From: the human T2T-CHM13v2.0 reference genome, Homo sapiens
Length of the DNA stretch: 64,000 nt
Reading direction: 5' to 3' (one strand)
Assembly: GCF_009914755.1 (NCBI RefSeq)
Contig: NC_060944.1
In this document: in pieces, positions 15,560 to 42,839 of the stretch
Layout of the letters: the number at the start of each line of letters is the position of its first letter
How positions within the stretch are numbered: the first letter of the stretch is position 1
Position numbers and translations under genes: made by a program
Notes under the pieces: model-generated
The model's input: only the letters and a program-made list of their open reading frames with translations
Databases searched by the model: none
Told to the model about the DNA's origin: nothing

Positions 15560-16600
15560 CCTACGAAATATTTTTATGAAAAAAAAATCAAACCAGAAAC
15601 AGTTAAGCCTCCAAATTCAACTCTCAATTTATAAGAAATACCTGAAACAGAAAAACATAGTAAATTATATCACAGGGATGCAATCCCCAAACTCCTAATT
15701 GCACAAAACTCTCTGGGACTAATGACTCAGTTTCTTCAACAAGTAAATTGCAAGGAAAGAAAACTGGAGAAGAACCTATAGAATTTAGGAGACTTAAGAG
15801 TCATATCAACCAACAGCCATGTGTGGATGGACCTTATTCGCATCTTGATGAAAACAAACTAAACAAACATAACAAATGCCGCATGGTCTCGCTTATATGT
15901 GAAATCTAAAAAAGCCAAACTCATAGAAGTGGGAGTAGCATGGTAAGCAACAGAGTGGGGGCTAGGGGACTGGGGAGATAGGGGTCAAAAGATATAAAAT
16001 TCCAGTTAGACAGGCTGAATAAGGTCAAGAGATCTACTGTACAACATGGTGCCTAGGTAGTTCATGACAAGCTATTGTATTCTTGAAAATCGCTGAGAGT
16101 ACATTTTAGGACTACCTGTGTGTGTTCTCACCACAAAAAAATGATAAGTATGTGAGCTAAGGTGTATGTTCATTAGCATGATTTAGCTAATCAAGCTAAA
16201 TATGGATACAGATTTCAAAACAACATGTTGTATAGGATAGATATACACAATTTTTATTTGTCAATTAAAATAGATAACTTTTTTAAATGAGAAGAAAACA
16301 ATTGCTGAAACAATTGGGGCAATTTCAACAGATAGAATACTTGGTGATATAAAGAATGATTGTTAACATACCTTTTAGTATGATAATGGAATTATAATGT
16401 GTTTAAGAGTCCTTTTTTTTTTTAGAAACATGCTGAAACACTTATTAATAAAATAATATGATTCTTGGGATTGGTTTCAAAATAATCTGGTGTGAGGGTA
16501 GGTAAGGGGGTGGATGTGGGTGACAAAATGTTGGCCATGAGTTGACAGTCATGGAAGCTGGTGTTGGGTCCACGGTAGTGCATGACAGCACTCTCTAAAA
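15560..16600 (+). mobile_element. Nested old L1 3'-UTR fragments (L1MC-like with an L1MA-like insert)
   Basis: L1 3' UTR motifs GATCTACTGTACAACATGGT and GTTCTCACCACAAAAAAATGATAAGTATGTGAG. Confidence 0.7.
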
Positions 16601-17245
16601 ATAAGTGAACATCCTGCTTTTGTTAATAAGATGACCCATAGGCTTGCAAATATTTTGGTGATCTTCTTAACATTAGATTTCATTTTATTCACACCAGGAT
16701 ATGATCTGCTTTACATCACACATCCTGGTACATGATCACTAGCTACAACAACAAGCAAATTAATTCATCAATACTAAGTTGCCTTGACTTTGAGGCAATA
16801 TCGTATAGCGGCTTAGATCAAAGAAACCCTTCCTGTCAGCACCTTATCACTTGCATCTCTATGAAACCCAGCAATTTTTATACTTCTTGGTACTCAACTT
16901 TCTCTGCTGTAAAATGGGAGGGGGTAAATGAGATTTTATGCATGAAGCACTGGGCCCAGTGTCTGACCGTCAGCGAACCTTAGTTCCTATTATTACCAGA
17001 AGCAGCAATACCAGTCTGCAGAGTGAAGTCTTACTCTGGACACGTTGCTAATTTGGGCATGAATAGAAAAATGCCTGGGATAAAATACAAGGAATAGGTA
17101 ACAGAGGTAACCCCATGAGGAGTCACTCATTCAATCATTCCATGTGCCACGTGGAGCTGTGGGCACATGGTAACCAGGAGTCAAGACACAGGGGTGTAGC
17201 CCAGGAAGATGTTCAGAGGGCGATCTGAAGGCTGCAGGAGAGTTA

Positions 17246-17572
<327 letters not shown>

Positions 17573-17816
17573 AGGAGGACCCAAGAAGGTGGAGCCAGTG
17601 CAGCTGCAGTGATGGGGAGCGGGGAGGTCTCTTTCTCTTTCGCTCACATCTCACACACTTCTGAATTATGTCAATATCTTATGAGAAGCATGTAGCAGTC
17701 TCACAATTTTCGAAAGCTAAAAAATGCAAAGGAAAAATGGCTATAAACCCTCAAGAAGTAAAGAAAATATTATGGCCTTTTCTCTACTTCTTGTCTAACA
17801 AGAAGCTACCATATAT

Positions 17817-18093
17817 TTTTCTTTTTTCTTTTTTTTTTTTTGAGACAGGTTCTGCTCTGTGGCCCAGGCTGGAGAGCAGTGGCGTGAATCTCAGCTCACT
17901 CTAACCTCCGCCTCCAGGACTCAAGTGATCCTTCCACCTCAGGCCACCACACCTGGCTAATTTTTGTATTTTTTGTAGAGACATGGTTTCACCATGTTGC
18001 CCAGGCTGGTCTCAAACTCCTAAGTTCAAGTGATCTGCTCACCTCGGCCTCCCAAAGTGCCGGGATTACAGGCCTGAGCCACCGCGCCCTGCC
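17817..18093 (-). mobile_element. Alu
   Basis: Alu dimer with an internal deletion. Confidence 0.9.
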
Positions 18094-19335
18094 ATGAATC
18101 TACAAAATGTTAAAATTCACTTACATTTGCTAGATAAGCCACCTTGTTTAAATGTAAGAAGTATGCTATCCTCTCCTGTCTGGTTTGTTGAAAGGGCCTC
18201 CCCATCCTTGCCTCCCTTCTTTCCCTTTTTTGGATGTGTTAGAGGTGGAACAGATCTTTGCACCTAATTTAAACAATACTCCTTTCCAGCCTGCACAAAG
18301 ATTTTGGCCCTCTACTGTGTTTCTGGGACTGAGTATGAGTTTGGAGGAAACACCGGCTAGTAGGGTTTGCGGGGAAGCTTCCTGGCCCATAGGGAGAACT
18401 CAGTATTGAGACTGTCCTGCAAGTTGGCATTTGTCAGTTTCATTTGCAATGTGTTGCTAGGAGCAGAATATGTTTTTCTGGTTCTTGCTCACAGCCTGGG
18501 GCTGGGACTGTTGACTTTGATGTGAAGGTGGTGCACACAGCTGCTGGGGGAGGGCCTATGAGTCCTGCCGTGGAGCAGGATACCTGCAGGGCACAGGCAG
18601 AGCCTAGCTGCTGGAGGGTGAGCTGCCCCTCCTGCTTTTGTCAGCGCAGTGGGAACCCCAGCCAAGTCCTTTCAAGTCGCACCTTGCACTTTGCGGTTTC
18701 TCCTCTTAGGAATGCCAGGTTTATTACGGGTTTGCTCACTTCACTTCACTGTTCTGATCCTCTCCTTGTGCCCCCACCCAGCTCAGGACCTTTCATTCTG
18801 TGTCAGGTCTAGCAAGGCTGCTGGCTTCTGGTTGAGTCTAATGCTAAGTGATACCAAAGGCTCTGTCCTCAGGGGACAGGGAAAAGTGGACAGAAATGTT
18901 TCTAGTCCCAGGGGAGAGGCACCTTCCAGCAGACAAGCCTTGACAGTGTCATTGACCTCCTGGCCTGCAAGATCCTTTCATTTGTTTGTTCCTCTTTGGG
19001 GATGACGCATGAGAACCCACCTGCCGCACACCCTCATTTGAAAGATGAGAAAACTAAGACCACCACCAAAGCCCCCAGAGAACGATGACACACTCCAAGC
19101 CAGACCCCCACAGATGCCTCATATCCAAGTGGTTAAGAGCATGAATTTGGAGTCAAGGTTTAACTCTCAGCTCTGTCACTTACTGGAGGTCCAATCTTAC
19201 ACAAAAGGGTTAATTTCTCCAAACCTCAGTTTCTTCATATGTGAATTGGGTGTACTATTTTTCACCTCTTAAAGTCACTGATTTATTTTCAGTGCATTTC
19301 TTACCCTGCCAACTTAATTATGTAAGAGTTCATCT

Positions 19336-19636
<301 letters not shown>

Positions 19637-20246
19637 GTTCACCTGATTGCCTTTAGTTCTCCCCTCCTTTTAGGCTCCGAGCTCCCTAAGAGGAAGGGGT
19701 TTACCTGCCTTGTTCACAGCTGTGTCCTCGGTAATAAACCTTGCCCGGTGCAAGGTAGGCAGTGAGGAAGTATTTGTGATAACAGCAATGTAAAGCCATC
19801 AACACAGTGCTTGGTACATGCAGAACAGCCATCAACACAGGCAACCATCCCTGTGAACAGAGGGAGTGCATTATTTATGATGGGAAACTAGTTTTAGTTG
19901 GAAAATTATCAAATTACCAGGAACGGAAAGAACAAAACAGTTCTCCCAAGTAGCTCTTCTGGGGCCAAGCCCCAGCACCCCACCCATGCAGGACCAGGCC
20001 CCCAAAGGCCTTGGAACCACCTTGTTCCAGGGTCTCGCTCCACTGTCCTCTCCTCCTTCCCAAAGTCAGGACTCCTTTCCTTGGGCTTCAGAATTCCTAT
20101 CTTCTGCTCTAGAAGGCTTGGAGCAAGTGGGGGAAAGGCACCACTCACCAAGTCTGTCAGGGGATGACATGGTATAGAGGGAGAGGAGCTACATAAAATA
20201 CAAGATGCCAGTTAAGTTTGAATTTCACATAAACAATGAAATAACA

Positions 20247-20648
20247 TTCCTTTCTCTGCCATCGTGGTGTGTGCTTGACTCCACTTCTCGCCATGTCTTT
20301 CCCACAAGACTTTTGGGATTAAGCAATTCCTGGCCAAGAAACAAAAGCAAAATCGTCCCCAGTGGATTCGGATGAAAACTGATAATAAAATCAGGTACAA
20401 CTCCAAAAGGAGACATTGAAGAAGAACCGAGCTGGGCCTATAAGGAATTGCACATGAGAGGGCACACATATTTATGCTGTCTGAAGGTCACAGTCATGTT
20501 ACCACATCAAGCTGAAAATGTCACCGCTCTCTGGAGAGTTGTACATGTTTTATTGAGAATATATTTTTTCTCTCTGAATCTGTGATGAATGCGTTGGTTG
20601 GCTGGGTTCAGTAATAAATATGTGAGACCTTTCACTTAAAAAAAAAAA
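20247..20648 (+). pseudogene. Processed RPL39 (eL39) pseudogene
   Basis: Pyrimidine-rich 5' end; ATG at 20293; [44 protein letters not shown] at 20441-20443; +1 frameshift, 6-nt deletion, TGG>TGA; no introns; AATAAA at 20613; poly(A) 20638-20648. Confidence 0.93.
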
Positions 20649-20654
20649 GAACTA

Positions 20655-20828
20655 TTTTTTTTTTTTTGAGAAGGGATCGCCCTGTGTTGCCCAGCCTGGA
20701 GTACAGTGGCTATTCACAGGCACAATCCTAGCGCACAGCAGCCTTCAACTCCTGGAGCCTCTAAATCCATCCTCCTGCCTCAGCCTCCCTAGTAGCTGGG
20801 ACTACGGGTGAGTACCACTGTGCAAGGC
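20655..20828 (-). mobile_element. FAM (fossil Alu monomer)
   Basis: Monomer retaining the 7SL-type CCTGTGAATAGCCACTG segment; poly(T) on +. Confidence 0.8.
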
Positions 20829-21614
20829 TACAAAATAACTTTTTAGTAAAAGTATATCCCAAACTTTATACGAGACGTAGTTACTCTAAAAAAAAAAAAG
20901 GATTTGCTGTTTATCTGAAATTCTAATTTAACTGGTTGTCCTGGATTTTCTTTGCCAAATTGGTCTGCCCTACGGAGTGCGAGGGCTGGGATTTTAACCC
21001 AGGCCTGCCTGCTCTGAGCTGACCTTTCCTGGCACCTGCAAAATTAGGATGACACGTTAGGAACTTCCTGGGGTTCTTAAGGGAATTAGAAGAGGGACCT
21101 GAGTGCAAAGGGCTTTGGAGGCATTCAACTGCTATGAAACGTTAGTAAGGACAGGGATTGCGTTCACCTCAATCACAGCTGAACCCATTGCCGAGAACTG
21201 TTATCCCACACAGCTGGATCTTCATCATTATGTGTTTTAATGAAAAATCGCTGATATTGCTGTCCCTAAATAGCCAACCCCCAAAATAATTAAATCACCT
21301 CAAGGGACTCTAGGTCCAATATCCGCAGCACGCCACACAAACATCTCTCAGCTCAGCCACGCAGGGCCGATGCCTGCGCGACCCACACTCAGGGAGGCGC
21401 CCGCCTCAGGGCCTCACAGGTGGGACCGCGCCTGAGAGCCCTGCGCTTGCGCACTCCACGCCGTGCTCTACGCATACGCCTGTCCAGCCCCGCCTCTGGG
21501 TGTGTGGCGTGGGCACGCCGGCCGCTCAGAAAGCGCGGGAAAGGCACGCAGCCACGCCCCAAGGGCGCAGCCTAGGACAGGGGCTTCTGGAGCTTCTGGC
21601 AGCCGTCTGCCCTC

Positions 21615-35207
<13,593 letters not shown>

Positions 35208-35718
35208 AAATAAATCAGAAGAACTTCTGATTGCCAGAGGCTTTTCATTAGTTTTGTTTTGATTGGCAAATACTATTGTGGAAAGAACATATATTATATT
35301 CTTAATTCTGTAAAAGTGAAATAAAATAACTTTCCGTTAATTATATATTTTTGTCAAAACAAATGCTGTACTCCAATTTTCTTTGCAAGGCCTTATTCTT
35401 GCCTCTATAGAGACAGATTTCTGTCCTATCTTCTAAAGCAAATTATAAAAGAATATGTTATTTTGACCTTTAAATTATTTTTGAAAAAATAATATTTTAT
35501 ACATGTCATCAAAGTCTACAAAATATTTACCTTCTACGATACAACTAATGTTAACGCATAAAGTATCTTACTGGTAACAAAAATCATAATGATCTGAATT
35601 TGAGATGTTGCAAATGAATTGTGGTGTCCGGTAGTTTCTTCTTACATTTTCCTTTGCCTTTATACTTTAGGGGTCTTACTCCATTAATTCATTTGTTACA
35701 TTAGTAAAATTCAGTATG

Positions 35719-35724
35719 AATAAA
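35719..35724 (+). terminator. Probable SPO11 polyadenylation signal (alternative AATAAA at 35209 and 35320)
   Basis: AATAAA about 510 nt after the stop, followed by a GT/T-rich tract. Confidence 0.65.
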
Positions 35725-37562
35725 TATTTGGATTGATGTAGTCTTCAGTGTTTTGCTTTATTTTGTATTGAGCCTATTTTTTATTGATAATATTATTTAT
35801 TTGAAAAGTTTCTCGAAGGTCTTGAATGCTTCTCTAGTCTGTCTATAGAACAAAAAACTTCTTCAGTTTTAAGATCTACAGAAGCCTCAGATTTTAATAA
35901 GGTACTTCTCCAACAGTAAATATGTGACCTTTTCCCTCCATAAACCTATCTTAATTTTGCCAGAGGTCAGTTTTATGATTTTATTCTGTACTTTCAGTAA
36001 ACCTTTAACTGCACTGAAAGTTTCTTGTGCTTGCAAGCAAGAATAAGAATTTATAGAAGCACGGTAATATTAGGTTAGCTATTTTATAAAGAGAAATGGT
36101 AACAATAATAATAATATATACCATTTCTGAGAACTTACATGTGCCAATCACTGCTGATTCAGTATCTCATTTAATTCCCCCAAGGACCTTGTAATTACTG
36201 GGTAACTACACCATAGTTTTCAGGTGAGAACACTGAGGATGCTATTTGTCCAAAGCCACAATAATACCAGGGGACAATAATACTACCTACCTCAAGAAAA
36301 TGTGGGTCTCAATGCAAAATGTAAATGTGGGATCCCTTTTTATTAAGAATTTCAAGATGATAGCAGCAGAGAATTAAACCAAGCACAGGCCCTTCTTAGC
36401 CTGGGGTCCTGGGTGACTGCACGGGTGGTACACCTGTGAGGCTGGGCCTGCCCAAGAGGTTGTATGTAGTAAGGATTGAAGAAGGTAATATAATAATAAA
36501 GGAAAATACATACATAGCACTTACTATGTGCTAGGTATTTTTGTAGGTGCTTTGTAAACAATAACTCATTGCATCTTCACAGAAACCTTATGAGCTAGGT
36601 ACTTTTAAAAAATCACCCCCATTTTACAGGTGAGAAAACAAAGGTACAGAAAGGTTAAATAATTTTCCCAAGGTCACATAACTAATAAGCAGTGGAGCTG
36701 GGACTTCAAACCAGAAAGTGTGGGTACCATGGCGCTAGTACAGGTAAAGTACTTCACGTGTGGTCTGTGTCCTCACTGCATGGAAAGGTCTGCAAGTCTT
36801 ATTGTTGGCTAGTGTCAAATCAAGATCCCCCGATACCATACCTACAATTAACAAATATGTTATATTCCCTGGTCACATAGGAACCACACATTTCATTTTG
36901 GGAACATTCTGGTATGCTGTTAATTTTACTTACTCGTGAGACTATCAAAAATTCTAAAAACATTTTTATAAATAAGAAAAAATTTCCTCTGAATTTATAC
37001 CATACTTACTCCTTTAACATGTAACAGTGTCACTTAACTTTGGTATGCTTTGTAAAGGAAGAAATTACTAACTTAAAAATATGTTTAACCCACGACACAT
37101 CTGGCTTAGGATATACTATCAAAATGGGAAGGAGTGACAAATCTACGATAGTCATTCAAATTTAAAAATAAATTTGAAAAAGACAGATACCTCCAGTTTG
37201 GATAATTAAGTCATCTCAAGTTTATTATTGCAAATTTACTTAAAATAATTTTCAATTATTTGGGAAATGAAAATGGAAAGAGAGCAAAATACACTATAGT
37301 TTGACGTTACTACCTATCTTTATTAGATGAAAATGAAAAATTAATGCTAGTAGCTATTTGGGAACCATCTAGAATTCTAATTCTAAAGATTTCTTTCTAA
37401 AAAGGATTACCATAATACTTAGCATTTAAAATGGTAACTGATAACAATAATCTCATCTACCATCATCTAACTGTATCTAATTTGGATATTTCCATAATTT
37501 TAATCAAGAAAACATTAGATTGGAATCTTTAAAATTAAAATGTATAAAAACTAATACAACAA

Positions 37563-37860
37563 GGCTGGGCACGGTGGCTCACACCTGTAATCCCAGAGCT
37601 TTGGGAGACTGAGGAGGAGGATTGCTTGAACCCAGGAGTTCAAGACCAGCCTGAGCAAAATAATGGGACTCCCATCTCAATTTTTAAAAATTAGTTGGTT
37701 ATGGTGGCACATGTCCATAGGCTCATCTACTAGGGAGGTTGAGGTGGAAGGATCACTTGAAACCAGGAGTTCAATGCTGCAGTGAGCTATGATTGCACCA
37801 CTGCACTCAGGCCTGGGTGACAGAGTGAGACCTTGTTTCAAACAACAATAACAACAAAAA
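37563..37860 (+). mobile_element. AluJ-like
   Basis: Diverged Alu dimer. Confidence 0.88.
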
Positions 37861-38320
37861 CTAGTACAACAAAAAGGTGCTCAGAGACTCTTAGTTTTCC
37901 CTTAAGGGTTCATAATTACCCTAACAAACTAAAAGTTGCTTGTAGTATCCCCCGTTTTCTGAGAAATTTGATTATAATAATTGGTGATACTAAGTGATTT
38001 CAGAAGTTATGAGTTCATAGGGAAGAAAAACCATAGTGCACTTTATAAAAATAAGGAAAACCCTCCAGGGTTTCCATCTATGACTTCCTTACTGAGTGTC
38101 TCAGTTGAGCTGCTAGTTTGATGTAGATAATCTGTTCAGTGGTGCTGAAAAGAACATATTCTCTAAGCTATATATACATGTACATTAAAAGATTTTCAAT
38201 GAAATGTTTTTGTAGTGAAATATTGAGAAACGTGCACTTCTGTTTGCTAAATGAACTTCTCTGTTCACTGTTACACAGATAGGTATCCCAAGGAAACAAT
38301 CCTGTAGAAACAAGCCAAGG

Positions 38321-38336
38321 TCGCCCTCTGCTGGCA
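38321..38336 (-). promoter_or_regulatory. CTCF consensus motif
   Basis: Minus strand TGCCAGCAGAGGGCGA fits the CCASYAGRKGGCR core. Confidence 0.7.
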
Positions 38337-38864
38337 AACGCTCATTATTCTCTCAACTCCTTCCACTATTTTGGGTGGAAATTTCTTTGAAATGTTTTCA
38401 AGTCATTGTCTAAAGGAATGGGGTAGAGTCTTGAGTCACAACAAAAGAGTTTGGGGAAAACCAAGAGGGTTTCTATGTGATACACTCAACAGGAATCCGC
38501 TTTGTTAATCAGCTTTGGATGCCCCAATTCCCTGTAAAGCTACACTTAATGTGTGCTTCTTTGCAACCTAGCTATTCACAAAACTTTAAGCCAACATATT
38601 ACATCTCTTTTATTAAAAATTCAAAATGAAAAGTAACTCATGCTAAGAATATAGGCATGTTCAGTTTCTATTCATCTAGCAATTAATAGAAACTGTACTT
38701 ATTCATAAATATTCCCTGTGTAAAAATGGCAGAAAAGTTTACCAGTTTGAATGACAGTCACTACCAAAATTTAATTATTTTTCTATTGTTTAATTATTTT
38801 TCACCTATATTGTATGGCTCAATAATCATACAATCATACCCAGGGATAAAATCTTACTGATCTC

Positions 38865-39167
38865 GCAGAGCACGGTAGCTCACGCCTGTAATCCCAGCAC
38901 TTTGGGAGGCCAAGGTGGGCGGATCACAAGGTCAGGAGTTCAAGACCAGCCTGACCAACATAGTGAAACCCCGTCTCTACGAAAGATACAAAAATTAGCC
39001 AGGCATGGTGGTGTGCACCCGTAATCCCAGTTACTGGAGAGGCTGAGGCAGGATAATCGCTTGAGCCCTAGAGGCAGAGGTTACACCGAGCCGAGGTCGC
39101 GCCACTGCACTCACTCCAGCCTGGGCGACAGGGCGAGAGTCCATCTCAAAAAAAAATAAAATAAAAT
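38865..39167 (+). mobile_element. AluS
   Basis: Alu dimer. Confidence 0.9.
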
Positions 39168-39960
39168 ACCGTTCTCCCTTTTTGTTTCTAGGAGGCAAAA
39201 CATAAATCAGCATAATCTGCCACCTGTGGAAGTGTAGAGTTAGGTTTTGGGGCAGGCTGCTTGCATTCCAATTCTACGTCTACTCCTTGCCTCTATGGCT
39301 GGGACAAGTTACAACCTGATCTCAGTTTCATCAACCATAAAATGGGCATAACAACAATAATAATGACTTGGTAGGGTCATGGTGAGGATTAAATGAGATT
39401 ATCCATTTAACAAGAGTCTTGGAATATCAGCTATAATATTTGGGCGAGCATACTGCTCCTCAGTGGTTCCACTGATGGTATATGCAAAAGCAGTTTGTCA
39501 ACTACATAATCCTAAACAGCGGGAAGAGTTTATAGAGCATGCTGAATAACCAGGATTATAGAGGAATCTGTATCATAATAGAGGCTTCTGGAAGATACAT
39601 TGGGCGTTGAAACATAAAATGCAACAAGTATTAATAACGAACACATGTAAGATACTCTGCTTGGTGCTGCAAAGCATATACATGGAAGTAGATACAAGTT
39701 TTAAATCTAGGAATCTAGACAAGACAAATACACTATTTAATGAGGCAGAATATGCCTCGAAACCCTGAGAGAGCTTTGGGAGGGCTTTTGAGAGTTTAAA
39801 GGAAAGATAGTAAGAGGAGTTCCATTGAAAAAGGATAAGAAAATGTAGTTGAAGCACTTCTCAGAGATGAGTCCAAAGCTTTGCTGGTAGGAGGGTCAGG
39901 CACAGGACAGACATCATGGACCTACTCTGTATCAGTTGTGTGAGCTCTGGTAAGTCACAT

Positions 39961-41392
39961 TGAGAGATGACAGCGTGCTGGCAGTCCTCACAGCCCTCGC
40001 TCGCTCTCGGGGCATCCTCTGCCTGGGCTCCCACTTTGGCGGCACTTGAGGAGCCCTTCAGCCCACCGCTGCACTGTGGGACCCCGTTTCTGGGCTGGCC
40101 AAGGCCGAAGCCCGCTCCCTCAGCTTGCAGGGAGGGGTGGAGGGAGAGGCGCGAGCGGGAACCGGGGCTGCGCGCGGCGCTTGCGGGCCAGCTGGAGTTC
40201 CGGGTGGGCGTGGGCTTGGCGGGCCCCGCACTCGGAGCAGCCGGCCGGCCCTGCTGGCCCCTGGCAATGAGGGGCTTGGCACCCGGGCCAGCGGCTGCGA
40301 AGGGTGTACTGGGTCCCCCAGCAGTGCCAGCCCACCAGCGCTGCGCTCTATTTCTCACCGGGCCTTAGCTGCCTTCCCGCAGGGCAGGGCTCGGGACCTG
40401 CAGCCTGCCATGCCTGAGCCTCCCACCCCCTCCATGGGCTCCTGTGCTGCCCGAGCCTCCCCGACGCGAGTGCCACCCCCGCTCCACGGCGCCCAGTCCC
40501 ACGGACCACCCAAGGGCTGAGGAGCGCGAGCGCACGGCCTGGGACTGGTGGGCAGCTCCACCTGCAGCCCCGGTGCGGGATCCACTGGGTGAAGCCAGCT
40601 GGGCTCCTGAGTCTGGTGGGGAGGTGGAGAACCTTTATGTCTAGCTCAGGGATTGTAAATACACCAATCGACACTCTGTATCTAGCTACTCTGATGCGGC
40701 CTTGGAGAATCTTTATGTCTAGCTCAGGGATTGTAAATACACCAATCAGCACTCTGTATCTAGCTCAAGGTTTGTAAACACACCAATCAGCACCCTGTGT
40801 CTAGCTCAGGGTTTGTAAATGCACCAATGGACACTCTGTATCTGGCTACTCTGGTGGGGCCTTGGAGAACCTTTGTGTCTAGCTGAGGGATTGTAAAGGC
40901 ACCAATCAGCGACCTGTCAAAACAGACCACTGGGCTCTACCAATCAGCAGGATGTGGGTGGGGCCAGATAAGAGAATAAAAGCAGGCTGCCGGAGCTAGT
41001 AGTGGCAATCTGCTCGGGGCACCTTCCACGGTGTGGGAGGTTTGTTCTTTCGCTTTTTGGGACCACGTCGTCTTTATGAGCTGTAACACTCACCGCAAAG
41101 GTCTGCAGCTTTACTCCTGAAGCCAGCGAGACCACGAGCCCGCCGGGAGGAAGGAACAACTCCAGATGCGTCGCCTTAAGAGCTGTAACACTCACTGCCC
41201 GAAGGTCTGCAGCTTCGCTTCTGAGCCAGCGAGGCCATAAACCACCAGAAGGAAGAAACTCCAAACACATCTTAACATCAGAAGGAACAGACTCCGGATG
41301 CGCTGCTTTTAAGAACTGTAACACTCACCGCGAGGCTCCGCAGCTTCATTCTTGAAGTCAGTGAGACCAAGAACCCACCAATTCCGGACACA
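39961..41392 (+). mobile_element. Solo LTR12C (ERV9 LTR) inserted into a MIR
   Basis: TGAGAG.TGACAGCGTGCTGGCAG start, CCAATTCCGGACACA end; ACAT TSD at 39957-39960 and 41393-41396; CpG-rich U3; tandem CCAAT repeats; GATA and AATAAAA TATA-like box at 40966-40981. Confidence 0.95.
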
Positions 41393-42403
41393 ACATCACC
41401 TCTGTCAGCTTCATTTTCCATATCTATAAAATGGAGATAATCACAATACCTATCTTTTAGGGCTGGTCTGGAAACTACAGGAGATGGAGCATCTAAAGCG
41501 CTTAGCATAGGGTGATGCTCAAAAGAGCTATTATTACCATCATCGTCTAGACTAGAGGTTCTCAGTCTTGGCTGCATCTTAGAATCACCTGGGGAGCTTT
41601 TAAAAAATATTAATTTCCTCTTTTCTAGCCCAGGCGTACTAAATCAGAATCTCTAAGGGTGCAGTGTAAACATCACAGTTTTTAAAAAGCTGCCCAGGAT
41701 TCCAAATGATCTACAGCCTTGGTACTTAACTCTGGTTCACGGCCCAGCAACCTCTGCTGGGAATTTGGTAGAAATGTGGATTTTTAGGCCCATCGTAGAC
41801 CTACTGAATCTGCATTTTATAAAAAGATACCCCAGATCCTAAACCTCCTTAAGAAGGTCAAGGCACGCAGACCACACTGAGTAGTGAAGGAGAGAATCCA
41901 GGGTAGCTACATAACCTCACGAAATCCCTTCCTTGTGATCTGTCTTTTCCTTCACTTCCTTCTTCAGATGCTCCTAAAAGTAGGGGTTGGGAGGAAACAA
42001 CCAACTGAAATATTTGGAGTGGGCGTGTGTGAGTAATAAGAATCCCTTAACATTTCTACAGACAGTTCTATTAGTAAGAGTAGTTCACGTATGATTTCAC
42101 TTGACCCTAATTAGGAACAGCCCTGGCATCATTTTCCCCACCATGCAGCAGGAAACTGAGGCCCAAAGAGCCCCGAGGTGGGCTCAGGGTACCCCAGTGG
42201 GCAAACAGGGAGAGGCCAGGGCGGGAAACCCGCGGCCGACCTCGCCTTGTTCGGAGGCAGCGTTAGAGCAGCTTCTCGGAGGTTGGCCTTGGACGTGAAT
42301 TGGAAGCAATCAGAATCTTTTAGATGTTTATACATGATAAATGCAATAATTAATTCACAAGAGAAAACAGCTAGCTACCTTGCACTAGCCCTAGTTGCGG
42401 ATT

Positions 42404-42836
<433 letters not shown>

Positions 42837-42839
42837 TTA

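Larger units (their letters stand above)
20190..20972. mobile_element. MER53 palindromic MITE split by the RPL39 pseudogene and a FAM
   Basis: Left arm TAAAATACAAGATGCCAGTTAAGTTTGAATTTCACATAAACA (20194-20244); right part 20831-20972 with complementary TGTTTATCTGAAATTCTAATTTAACTGG. Confidence 0.8.

Noticed and set aside
40630-40910. Regularly spaced repeats resembling a CRISPR array
   Set aside because: These are the ERV9 U3 CCAAT enhancer tandem repeats; no unique spacers, eukaryotic context.
39861-41577. Many 70-165-aa ORFs
   Set aside because: GC-rich LTR12C sequence is depleted of stop codons; no gag/pol/env similarity (solo LTR).
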